Counted from the first letter of the stretch, positions 10,101-17,514 are shown. The stretch is 33,952 bases of DNA from Planctomycetota bacterium (GCA_025355035.1 JANXLS010000987.1:1-33952), one strand, 5' to 3'. The notes: generated by a model from the letters alone, not told the origin. Program-made: numbers and translations.

Positions 10101-10581
10101 GCGCTTCCGTAATGGTCCATTGATATTTCGTGATGGTTCGATTGTTGAACGCTTTGCTGTCCTGGCCGCTGAGCACGACTTTTTGTCCAACGCGTGTTTT
10201 TTGATTGCTTCCCGGATTGGCGACGGGGAGAGGAGTCGGCGGCAGCACTTCCTGCGAAAATCGCTTCGTCGTGGACAACCCATTTTTGTTGCTGACCGTC
10301 ACTTCGAAAACGTACGTGTCAGGCTCGGTTGGGACAAAATACGTCTCGCTCACCCACTTATTGGTTGCCGCATCGAACACGGCGGCAGTCGGATTGGCGA
10401 TTTTTACGGTACGCCCTTCTTTCTGCACCCACAAGAACGACAGTTCGCCGCCGTCCGGATCACCCGCTTGAATCTTCAGTTTGACGCGCCCCTCGGCGGG
10501 GTCTTCTTCGGCGACGGCGCTTCCAGACCACGCAAGCATGGACAGGACGAAGGCTGCTAGAACTGCTCGACTGGCTTTCAT
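7114..10581 (-). CDS. Large secreted protein with about 11 tandem PKD/Ig-like beta-sandwich repeats
   Basis: The ATG at 10579-10581 is preceded by GGGAG. The signal peptide is MKASRAVLAAFVLSMLAWSGSAVA. About eleven units of 90-100 aa each carry an L-x-[FY]-x-W core (LSFLWVQ, TKYQWTI, KFLWKQ, LTYIWAP, LKILWTC, LTYRWAD, LQFYWAQ, LRYKWKQ, LKFYWLQ, LTFRWRR, LTYTWRQ). Each also has a G-x-Y-x-F-x-L-x-V-x-D type strand. Confidence 0.85.
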   Translation of the reverse strand: MKASRAVLAAFVLSMLAWSGSAVAEEDPAEGRVKLKIQAGDPDGGELSFLWVQKEGRTVKIANPTAAVFDAATNKWVSETYFVPTEPDTYVFEVTVSNKNGLSTTKRFSQEVLPPTPLPVANPGSNQKTRVGQKVVLSGQDSKAFNNRTITKYQWTITEAPGGFVLTPDMLESRQVDFLAKLPGKYVFSLKVFDSKRWGDPATVEVEVTQGKPPQVDPIEEAGPVVIPDKPTISQPRTRPKAVAEVQNNKKPFRIGDTIVLDGSNSVINEADSPKFLWKQIDDEKSPKVKLIVPDVTQPFSNSRRDKFNFPIHSFNATENGIYKFVLLIDCANGVLESEPVTIQVGTGTVTPSPNIDTPPDPPRGPKPPVARLTANKTEVAIGDEVTLDGSKSSSDDGAKLTYIWAPVPGKRFPENIRGIDGPIARFSAEREGEFGVSLLVSDGRKQGVSEPIIIKVLAAEKAPVIELEPTQKCNLGEKVVIEAKIRDESGGPLKILWTCLEPKTLKIPPDRASAAAFTFATKTPGTYMFQIEVTNAKGLSATARTQVGVKDAAQLKPTAVITGQERASVGDTVKLSAAQSFSPNKTALTYRWADESDGGPKIKDPMPTTKKQDWTFKVTEPGRHLITLIVNDGSCDSEPSKFAVDVAAAVGAQPTPPKAAKPVAKITGPKTAQAKTEVELSGEGSTGDGTLQFYWAQQVDGGPFLGLTGNQRRGRVLRFIPEKAGMYTFTLEIVDQNNQRSETETFAVDIKAAAAASIPTAVASIRNKNPLPTGREIRLTGERSSDPSGAELRYKWKQTNGPSNLVIAPRDSAQEIVITPTKPGAYDMELVVSNGEAASAPATVSFTVVAGALPQAIIAEIAPPSIGDTVVLDGSGSKSPNGATGDQLKFYWLQKQPIDVPVKLQIGEDRKSKIQFVVPAEGTYVWELVVNDGNDDSAPTQITFQARPRAKNIPPVAIVERPVITTEVGVQTVIDASASNDPDKGPEPLTFRWRRGNHELDQRKDKLSFMPAQVGVTKFEVQAFDGKDFSEPVQVTVNVVAPGTLPVAVPTVTPNPAPAANRNAPADPANPLKNVIILDGTKSRPQGKELTYTWRQISGDNLKLAPANLAKDRVGIRIYKAGDYKFELIVSDGENASVPATVELKVIDADGLDK

Positions 10582-10696
10582 GCGTTTTACTCCCTACCGT
10601 CAGCGCTCGACTTCCAAACGCGCATCGCCCACCCCTGTGAATTGCAATGGAATGGGACTTCGTTCTGTCCGCATAACCGATGCCCAAACCGTACTG

Positions 10697-11104
10697 CTAT
10701 TCTGAGCTGCTTTTTCGGGCTTCCAATATGTACGTCTTTTTCGTTTCCTGACCGTCTTCATTTCGAACCGTCACCAGGAACGAATAGACCCCGGCCTTTG
10801 TCGGAATAAAAAAGGTGTCGCTCAACCACTTTTTATTGTTATCGTCATATTTTGCCGCCGTCGCATCTAATATTTTAGCTTGCGGCCCTTCTGTTTGAGT
10901 CCATTTAAACGTTAGCTTGCCGCCGTTGGGATCGCTTGCTTTGACGTGCAGCTTGACGCGCCCATCCCTGGGTTGCTCTTCCGCCGCCGACAACCCGCTG
11001 CAAAACAGCGCAATGATCAAAGCGATCGGTGCATAATAAATCGCGGGACGCGCGGTCCTGATGATCCTTCCAAGCAACACATTCATGGACAAGATGCCTC
11101 TCAT
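10697..11104 (-). CDS. Small protein with an N-terminal hydrophobic anchor or signal and a single PKD-type domain; paralog of repeat 1 of the 1155-aa protein
   Basis: The start ATG overlaps the stop of the upstream gene (ATGA at 11101-11104). An alternative ATG at 11084-11086 has GAGG upstream. The hydrophobic segment is PAIYYAPIALIIALFCSGLSAA. By eye, about half of the aligned residues match the N-terminal domain of the 7114-10581 protein. Confidence 0.75.
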   Translation of the reverse strand: MRGILSMNVLLGRIIRTARPAIYYAPIALIIALFCSGLSAAEEQPRDGRVKLHVKASDPNGGKLTFKWTQTEGPQAKILDATAAKYDDNNKKWLSDTFFIPTKAGVYSFLVTVRNEDGQETKKTYILEARKSSSE

Positions 11105-11673
11105 TCCGGGACAGCCTCTTGGGCAACAAGCGTTTCCGGCGCGGATGTCTCCGGTGCTGGAGCCATCCCCAACAACACGCCCAACTCCGCCGACAGCCCT
11201 TGAATTTCGTCCTCACTCAATTCCGGTTCGATCACGGCATGAACGATCGTTTCCGCACCGGCTATTTTTTCACGGTATTGCTGGACAACCTGACCCTGCT
11301 CGTTCTTTTTCTTCTCACCCTGGGTCAACATCTTCTTGCGCGTCAACATCAACGCCAGGATGTAGCGGAACGCGATACGCTGCGGTCCGTTGTCGCCTTC
11401 GAGGCGCTTAAAGAAGTCCAGGACATTGTCGAAATCCAAAACAGGCCGCGGCTTTTTCGCAGTGCTACCGGCCTTCGGCAAAGACGTTTTCCAAAAGTAA
11501 TAGACATCCGCAGGGCGATTATTGAGAAAACACGACTCGCAAAAATCGCCGCGCCGCATCCCTTCCTTATCTTGAAAAAGTGCTGAATAAAAAGCTGCCT
11601 CCGGGGCGAACGGCGTTCCACACGCATGACACTGTGGACTCGTCTTGTTGATTTTCCATTCGGTCTCTGACAC
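11101..11673 (-). CDS. Hypothetical cytoplasmic protein with an N-terminal CxxC...CxxC zinc-ribbon-like motif
   Basis: The 190-aa ORF has typical codon bias. The motif is CHACGTPF ... CESCF near the N-terminus, with no signal peptide. A basic central linker is followed by a C-terminal helical region (IAFRYILALMLTRKKML). The stop is coupled to the next gene's start. Confidence 0.75.
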   Translation of the reverse strand: MSETEWKINKTSPQCHACGTPFAPEAAFYSALFQDKEGMRRGDFCESCFLNNRPADVYYFWKTSLPKAGSTAKKPRPVLDFDNVLDFFKRLEGDNGPQRIAFRYILALMLTRKKMLTQGEKKKNEQGQVVQQYREKIAGAETIVHAVIEPELSEDEIQGLSAELGVLLGMAPAPETSAPETLVAQEAVPE

Positions 11674-11795
11674 AGCTTGCCTCGCTAACTCTCTTTGCGT
11701 AAAAGTTTAACAATTATGCATGATCGGCGTGGGAATTCAAGAAGATAGAGGGCGAGAACCAAAGATAACAGTATTTAGCAACAACGCCGCCGCTT

Positions 11796-14700
11796 TCAAA
11801 ACTCCATTTCTTCCGTGTTCGATGACTTCGGCTTGAAGTAGTGAGGGACCACGCGCGGAGCGATTTTGACTGGTGTAAAAGTCTTCTTCCATTCCGGCCC
11901 CGGATCAAACCCGGCCGTGTCACCTGGGCCAAAAGGCGCATCTTTTTCCGTCACAGGGCGTTCGTAAAGAGCGCCATCCGGTCCACACAAATAGGCGAAA
12001 CGTCCGGATACAGCTGGCTGATCCGGCCATGCAATGAGGGCGTGACCGTTGGCTAGAACACCTTTGGACAACCAACTTTTCGCTCCGCCCTCCGCCCGCG
12101 CGCTTTGATGCGTCAGGATTCGGACTTTGAAACCGTCCAAATGGAACGCCCCGTCAGGCTCGTTTTTCGTCGCGAGATCTTTTCCTGCTTTACCCAACAA
12201 GTCCAAGAACGTCGCCGCGAAATGATGCACATTTTCCTGGGTGAAATGTTCTTCGAAGTAGAGCTCCTGTTTGGCGTAATACGCTTCGACTTGCGCAGCG
12301 GCATTTGCCTCGTTGCTGATGCGTTTGGCGAGCGGATCGTCAACGCCGAGTTTCACCAAAACATTCGCCGCGTTGGTGCGCGTGAGTACCGCAGGTGAAT
12401 TGAGCAGCATTATTATTTCCGGAATGTACGGCTTGGTCTTCTCGCCAAGATTAATCAACGAATTTCCCGCGACATTGATCACGACACTGTACGGGTCTTT
12501 CAATCCGGCCATCACGATCGGCAGCGCTGTGTCGGGAGCGAGCGGCGCGTTGTCGAAGAGCCAGACCATGGCAGCGGTTCGAGTGCCGTAATACGCGTCC
12601 TTCATCGCCGCAGCGATAACCGGCATCGAGACACCCACGCCTGCTTCTTTCCCGGGCAAAAGCGCAATGACAGCCGCGCGAATTTCAGGATTTTCATTTT
12701 TCAGCTGCCGCGAAACGAAGTCAGCGATCGTACCCGGATCTTTCGGCAAAGCGTTGCTCATCGCCGCAATCGACCGGAGCGCGATGGTCGCGTTGGTGTT
12801 GTCGGCGTGTTTGGCCAGCGCGGAGAAGACATTCACGCCCATCTTCGAGAGCGCGCGCGCGGCGGCGGAGAAGATGACATCGTTGTCGCGGATTAATTGC
12901 TCGCGTACTTTCGCTTCCGCCGGTCGGCCTTCTTCCTTCAGCGACGCAATTAAATACAACGCGCGGGAACTGATCTCCTCGCGCTCGTCGGCGGCGAGAT
13001 CGGCGATCAAGCCGAGATGCGGCGTCAGTTTCAACGTCAGCAAAATCGTGTAGGCAGCCGTGCGAAGTTTCGCACTGCCCGTGCTCATCGCTTTAAGCAG
13101 CTGCGGCACGGAGTCCGGACCCATGGCTGTCAAGGCGGTTGAAGCTGCGAGTGCTGTTGTCGCGTTTGATTCTTCGACAAGCAGAATCAGTTTCGGCCCC
13201 GCCGATCGTGCCTCTGCCCCCAGCGACTTGAAGCCGTCCAACGCAGCGGCCCGAACATGAATCGACGGATCTTCCAGCGCGTCCGCCAAATCGAGCGAAC
13301 CTTCCGCGCAGTATCCTGCGGATTGAACGAGTGCGGCGTTTTTTTTGCGAGCAATCGACGCTCCTAATCCGCATTCTTTCAACATGAACGGAAGCACACG
13401 AACCAGCGTGCGGCTCTGGCCTTTTAAGTCGTAATAGGCCAGCGTCGCGAACCCGCGCGAACGCATGTCCGGCGAGCAGGCGGCGTAATTTTTAACTACG
13501 GGCTCCAAACCGTTTCCACACGGTTTTCCCAGCGCCCACAAAGCCGCCAATGCTTCGTCTGGAGTTCCACTCTCGATCTTCTTGCGCAGCGCCGGCGTGC
13601 ATGCGTCGAGCGCTTTTTGCAATTCTTCCAGCGCCTTCATGGCGGCGGCGGCAAAAGCAGGGGTCGATGCAACAGGTTTAGCTGTGCGCCGTTCGATTTC
13701 AATTGTCCGCACCTCACCGATCGCCAGAATGATTCCGACAGAGGCGGCTGGATTTTCATCGAGTGCCGTCTTCAAGAAAGGCACACACTCCGGAACAAGA
13801 CATGCAATCGATTTTGCCGCAGCGTCCCGGATTTCAGGCGGATTGTTTTCCATCGCCGCGATCAGTTGCATCATGCCGGCCCGGCCAAACGGCTTTAAGG
13901 CGTTTGCAATCTGTGCCGGCAAGGCGCATTTCAACACGTCTTCCAGCGGCGGGACGCGATGATCTTCGCTGCCCAGCGCGTGAATCGAAGCCGCAACCGT
14001 CGCATGCGGTAATCGGTCTTCGACGGCGAGCATTCCGAAGAGCACGGGCACCGCCGTTTCGCGCGCGGCGCCAATCGAGCCCAGTGCTGAAGCGCATTGC
14101 GTCCAAACGGCGGAACGCTCTTTCGGCGTGTAAGCACGACCGGCTATTTCCAAAATCGTTGGGACACTGTCGGCGGCTGCGGAACCCACTCGCCCAAGGG
14201 TGTTGACCAGCGCGATGATCGTCGTCGTGTCCTGCTCTGTTCGCAACGCATCGACGAGTGGCCGTACCGCGCCGCGACCGATTAATCCGAGCGAATACGC
14301 TGCAGCACGACGGGCCGGTTCGTCCGGACTTTTTAATTCTTCAATCAATGCCGGCACCGCAAGCGAACCGAGTTTAACGAGCGCTCCAGACGCGGCGTAT
14401 TGGATCTTCGTCACCTTCGAATTCGCGGCTTTGATCAAATCCGAAATCGCCGGTTGTGAGGCCGGAGCCATGCCTTCCAGCGCTAGCAACGCGGCTTCAG
14501 CCGTGTCGGGATTTGCGTCGGCGATCAGCGGCCTAACCTTGTTGAATGCGAGCGCGCCGATGCGCCCCAACGCAATCGACGCCGTGCCACGAATGCCCAG
14601 ATCGGGGTTTGCCAATAAAGGGATCAGCGGATCGACCGCTTTCTCTCCAATCTTGCCCAACGCGTCTGCAATGTCATCACGATTTGTTTTGCAGCGACTG

Positions 14701-16193
14701 ATGCATTCAACCAGTTGCGGAACAGCGTCGGCTGCGTCGGGACCGATGTTTGCAATCGATTTCAACGCCCAGGTGCGAAGGGCCAAGTCTTCGGTTTTCA
14801 ACGCTTCAATCAGCGCCGGAAGCGCTGGGCGCGCACTGGCTCCAGCAGCCCAAATTCCTTTTCCCGCGGCTGCTTTCACGCTCGGGTTCACGATCTTCAA
14901 CCGAGCATCGGCAAGCGCGACCATCGCCAGTGGTTCGTCGCGAAACGTGGCGAGCACTTTCGCCGCCTGCACTCCGATATCGTAGCTTTTGTCGATCAGA
15001 GCCGGGACCAGCAATGGTACCAGTTTCTTCGGTTCAGCGCCACAATTCGCAAGGGCTTCGATGCTCAACGAGCGAACGGTTTCGTCGACATCATTCAGTC
15101 CGAACGCAAGCGGCTCCGGATTCTGCCTGAAGCGCGGAGCCAGATGTCCCAGGACACGCGCCGATTGACGCCGCACATGAACGTCACCGGTGGCTTTCAT
15201 CAATTCGAGCGGAACGTCGGTGGCGTGTTCATTCATTTTCGCAAACGCCGCGAGACATTTTGCGCGGATAGCGTCATAATCGCGCATGACACGGATCATG
15301 GGGAGCGACGCTTCAATCGGCACGTCGTCTAAATCGACCAATGTCATCGCGGCTCTATTTTGAAGCTCTGCGTCTTTGTCGGCAAGAGCCTCCTTTAAGG
15401 CAGGCACCGCGCGCTTTGCATCCTCGCCCATTTTTCCAAGCATCGTCGCCGCTTCGCGACGAACGGTAATCTCTTTGCTTTTGTTCAGTGAGGCAACCAA
15501 CGCATCGACGCCGGCAGTTCCAATTTTTGGAAGCGAACTTTCGGCTAGTTTGTGCGATGCTGCGTCGCGGTTCAATGCCAGCACGTAAAACAACGCGCCT
15601 TCCGGAACAGGTTCACCGGTTGCGGCCAACGCGATCGCCGCGCTCGTCGCCGTCTCGACGCTGGAATCGTTCAGCATGTCGATCAATGCGGGCCGATGCG
15701 CTTCCGCCGCCGGGCCAAATTTCCCAAACGTCATAGCCGCCTGTCCACGCACGGACGGACTCGAATCCTGCAATAGAAACGCCAATCCGCACATCGCCTC
15801 CTCGGAGCGGCAACCGATTTCGCCGATCGCCAGCGCCGCATTTGTCCGGACGCTCTCGTCTTTGTCGTTCATCAATGCAATGATCGCGGCGGAGGCGTCG
15901 CGCGCACTGGGCCCGATTTCCGCCAGAGATCGGGCCGCGCACGATCGAACGTCCGCGCTCTTGTCCCCCAACGCACTGACCAGCGACTGAACCAGCGGTT
16001 TGATACTGCCCGCGTAATGTTGAAGCGATTTGACGGCAGCTAATCGCGTCGCGTCCGCCGCCGTTGCGGCGCGCATCGCAGCCGTTCGAGCGGCAATGTC
16101 CGCCGACGGATCTGCGACCGCAGCATCGCAGAATATCTGGAGGGAAAGGAGTCCGACCGTGATCGATAAGAAGATGAGTCGCATCATCTTCAT
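11796..16193 (-). CDS. Giant secreted HEAT-repeat protein with a C-terminal DUF2950-like domain
   Basis: The signal-peptide-like N-terminus is MKMMRLIFLSITVGLLSLQIFCDAAVA. About 1250 aa consist of recurring HEAT/PBS-lyase-type units (D..VR..AA.ALG.IGP.A..A.P.L...L). The C-terminal stretch FHLDGFKVRILTHQSARAEGGAKSW...GHALIAWPDQPAVSGRFAYLCGPDGALYERP matches my recollection of the DUF2950 signature. Confidence 0.85.
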   Translation of the reverse strand: MKMMRLIFLSITVGLLSLQIFCDAAVADPSADIAARTAAMRAATAADATRLAAVKSLQHYAGSIKPLVQSLVSALGDKSADVRSCAARSLAEIGPSARDASAAIIALMNDKDESVRTNAALAIGEIGCRSEEAMCGLAFLLQDSSPSVRGQAAMTFGKFGPAAEAHRPALIDMLNDSSVETATSAAIALAATGEPVPEGALFYVLALNRDAASHKLAESSLPKIGTAGVDALVASLNKSKEITVRREAATMLGKMGEDAKRAVPALKEALADKDAELQNRAAMTLVDLDDVPIEASLPMIRVMRDYDAIRAKCLAAFAKMNEHATDVPLELMKATGDVHVRRQSARVLGHLAPRFRQNPEPLAFGLNDVDETVRSLSIEALANCGAEPKKLVPLLVPALIDKSYDIGVQAAKVLATFRDEPLAMVALADARLKIVNPSVKAAAGKGIWAAGASARPALPALIEALKTEDLALRTWALKSIANIGPDAADAVPQLVECISRCKTNRDDIADALGKIGEKAVDPLIPLLANPDLGIRGTASIALGRIGALAFNKVRPLIADANPDTAEAALLALEGMAPASQPAISDLIKAANSKVTKIQYAASGALVKLGSLAVPALIEELKSPDEPARRAAAYSLGLIGRGAVRPLVDALRTEQDTTTIIALVNTLGRVGSAAADSVPTILEIAGRAYTPKERSAVWTQCASALGSIGAARETAVPVLFGMLAVEDRLPHATVAASIHALGSEDHRVPPLEDVLKCALPAQIANALKPFGRAGMMQLIAAMENNPPEIRDAAAKSIACLVPECVPFLKTALDENPAASVGIILAIGEVRTIEIERRTAKPVASTPAFAAAAMKALEELQKALDACTPALRKKIESGTPDEALAALWALGKPCGNGLEPVVKNYAACSPDMRSRGFATLAYYDLKGQSRTLVRVLPFMLKECGLGASIARKKNAALVQSAGYCAEGSLDLADALEDPSIHVRAAALDGFKSLGAEARSAGPKLILLVEESNATTALAASTALTAMGPDSVPQLLKAMSTGSAKLRTAAYTILLTLKLTPHLGLIADLAADEREEISSRALYLIASLKEEGRPAEAKVREQLIRDNDVIFSAAARALSKMGVNVFSALAKHADNTNATIALRSIAAMSNALPKDPGTIADFVSRQLKNENPEIRAAVIALLPGKEAGVGVSMPVIAAAMKDAYYGTRTAAMVWLFDNAPLAPDTALPIVMAGLKDPYSVVINVAGNSLINLGEKTKPYIPEIIMLLNSPAVLTRTNAANVLVKLGVDDPLAKRISNEANAAAQVEAYYAKQELYFEEHFTQENVHHFAATFLDLLGKAGKDLATKNEPDGAFHLDGFKVRILTHQSARAEGGAKSWLSKGVLANGHALIAWPDQPAVSGRFAYLCGPDGALYERPVTEKDAPFGPGDTAGFDPGPEWKKTFTPVKIAPRVVPHYFKPKSSNTEEMEF

Positions 16194-16234
16194 TCATACA
16201 CCGAAAATTTTGAAAGAAACACGTCTCGACGCAC

Positions 16235-16262
16235 TTGCATTTCATTTTTTTTCGCGCATAAT
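16235..16262 (+). promoter_or_regulatory. Candidate sigma70-like promoter for the tRNA gene
   Basis: TTGCAT (16235-16240), a 16-nt T-rich spacer and CATAAT (16257-16262) lie about 40 nt upstream of the mature tRNA 5' end. Confidence 0.3.
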
Positions 16263-16301
16263 GCCTGCCGTCGTACACCCGCGTCGACTTCAAATCTCCT
16301 T

Positions 16302-16373
16302 GCCAACTTAGCTCAGTGGTAGAGCAATGCTTTCGTAAAGCATAGGTCCTGGGTTCAAGTCCCAGAGTTGGCT
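16302..16373 (+). tRNA. tRNA-Thr, anticodon CGT
   Basis: The 72-nt sequence folds by hand into a full cloverleaf. The parts are acceptor GCCAACT/AGTTGGC, D arm GCTC-AGTGGTA-GAGC, anticodon arm ATGCT-TTCGTAA-AGCAT, variable loop AGGTC, T arm CTGGG-TTCAAGT-CCCAG and discriminator T. No CCA is encoded. Confidence 0.93.
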
Positions 16374-16397
16374 TGTCAAAAACTAATTATTTCATTT

Positions 16398-16424
16398 AAA
16401 ACGCTCCAATCCGGAGCGTTTTTC
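16398..16424 (+). terminator. Rho-independent terminator after the tRNA
   Basis: The stem is acgctcc / ggagcgt (7 bp, extendable by A-T pairs) with loop aatcc, followed by tttt. Confidence 0.6.
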
Positions 16425-16564
16425 GTGTCGTGATTTGCGTACGAATTTCGTCTTTGCTGAGGCGCGCTCAAAGCAGGGGTGAGATTACGAATCGGGGCGG
16501 CGGCCCGCGAAAATCCGAGGGTTCTAAAACTGAGCTGGCTTAAGGCAAGACTATTGGATGAGAG

Positions 16565-16777
16565 TTACGGGATAATCTTTTGAGTTTGTCCGCGCGCTCC
16601 AAATGCCAAATCTACGGTTCCGACATAGATTCCGATGGCAACGAGCATCAATACAATCGCAACCCAGAATTTCCAATCATGATGCGCTCGTTGCCAGTAC
16701 GGGCGGTCAGAATGGTTGACCTTTTCCCGGTCATGCGAGTGGGGTGGATCTTGCTTTTTCTGATACTTTTCATGCAT
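16565..16777 (-). CDS. Small membrane protein (70 aa, one predicted TM helix), hypothetical
   Basis: The ATG is preceded by AGAGG at about 7 nt. The N-terminus is His/Lys-rich and is followed by the hydrophobic segment FWVAIVLMLVAIGIYVG. By my hand count, G/C at the third position is only about half, lower than in neighbouring core genes. Confidence 0.5.
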   Translation of the reverse strand: MHEKYQKKQDPPHSHDREKVNHSDRPYWQRAHHDWKFWVAIVLMLVAIGIYVGTVDLAFGARGQTQKIIP

Positions 16778-16840
16778 GGGTTGCCTCTACATCTTTCCGA
16801 TTATAGTTTTATGCGAGGGTACGTTTTTAGTTTTAACTCG

Positions 16841-16930
16841 AGCGCAACTCAAGCCGCACGCTTTCCCCTCACCCCGCGCATGGGTACATGCGTCGGCCCT
16901 CTCCTCAACAGGAGAGGGCGACGGCGAATT
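16841..16930. repeat. REP-like modular palindromic element, copy A (modules 1 and 2)
   Basis: The sequence is gcgcaactcaagccgcacgctttcccctcaccccg, then hairpin 1 cgcatg-ggta-catgcg, then hairpin 2 gccctctcc-tcaaca-ggagagggc, then gacggcgaa. It is near-identical in layout to 30705-30820, and its first half matches 26684-26760. Confidence 0.75.
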
Positions 16931-17096
16931 ACGCCTTACGATGTGCTTTGTTATGATGCGCTTTAGAGTGCTTGGCAGCTTCGCTGGCACGCTTTTGCTC
17001 CGCATCAACCAACGTTCCTGCATCAGCCACTTGTTGGACAGTGCCATCCGCGTCTTTTTCCAACTTCGATTTCAAATTTGCGATTTTTTTGTTCAT
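16929..17096 (-). CDS. Possible small Lys/Ala-rich protein (55 aa), below the ORF-track cutoff
   Basis: My own translation is MNKKIANLKSKLEKDADGTVQQVADAGTLVDAEQKRASEAAKHSKAHHNKAHRKA, followed by a stop. The ribosome-binding site is weak (GGAA), and G/C at the third position is about half. It has the same orientation as the 70-aa gene. Confidence 0.3.
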   Translation of the reverse strand: MNKKIANLKSKLEKDADGTVQQVADAGTLVDAEQKRASEAAKHSKAHHNKAHRKA

Positions 17097-17514
17097 GGGT
17101 TCCACGCTTTCGAAAAAAATGTTTCTGCATAAAAAAGCAACGATTTAAATTAAGCAATTCGTGCGCCAAGGCGAGTATTATGTAAAAAGACTACTTTTGC
17201 GAAGTATTCACCGTTCAATTGGGTGGCACGGACCGATACCTGGCAGCCGCGCGACAGTTCCATTTGGGCGATTAATCGATTTATTCACAACCTCTCACGG
17301 GGTGGATATGGATGATTGCGTTAGCCACACTGGATTCAATATTTGCCCGATTTTCGGCGCGCTTTGGTCGAAATTCGCGCAGCTGTTTGTGTTTGGTGTA
17401 TAGTATCTAGAGTTCATTTTTCGCCGCGCGGAGAGGACCGAAATGACGCTGCGGCATCGGTTGCGGCGCCGAAGCCTGCGTCGCCTCCGCCCGCCCGGCA
17501 GAAGGTTTTGATTG

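Noticed and set aside
16302-16373. tRNA-Thr as the attachment site of an integrated element.
   Set aside because: The window contains no integrase gene. I found no direct repeat of the tRNA 3' end downstream. Only the compositional shift is noted in the findings.
16776-17132. A 118-aa plus-strand ORF, and the 16787-17047 minus-strand ORF.
   Set aside because: Both read straight through REP copy A, giving peptides such as FPSPRAWVHASALSSTGEGDG. This is an artefact of the repeat's open frame. Both also overlap the better-supported small minus-strand ORFs.
17161-17403. An 80-aa plus-strand ORF in the long region upstream of the PSCyt gene.
   Set aside because: It has a GTG start, no ribosome-binding site, atypical codon usage and no motif. 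I treat the region as non-coding.
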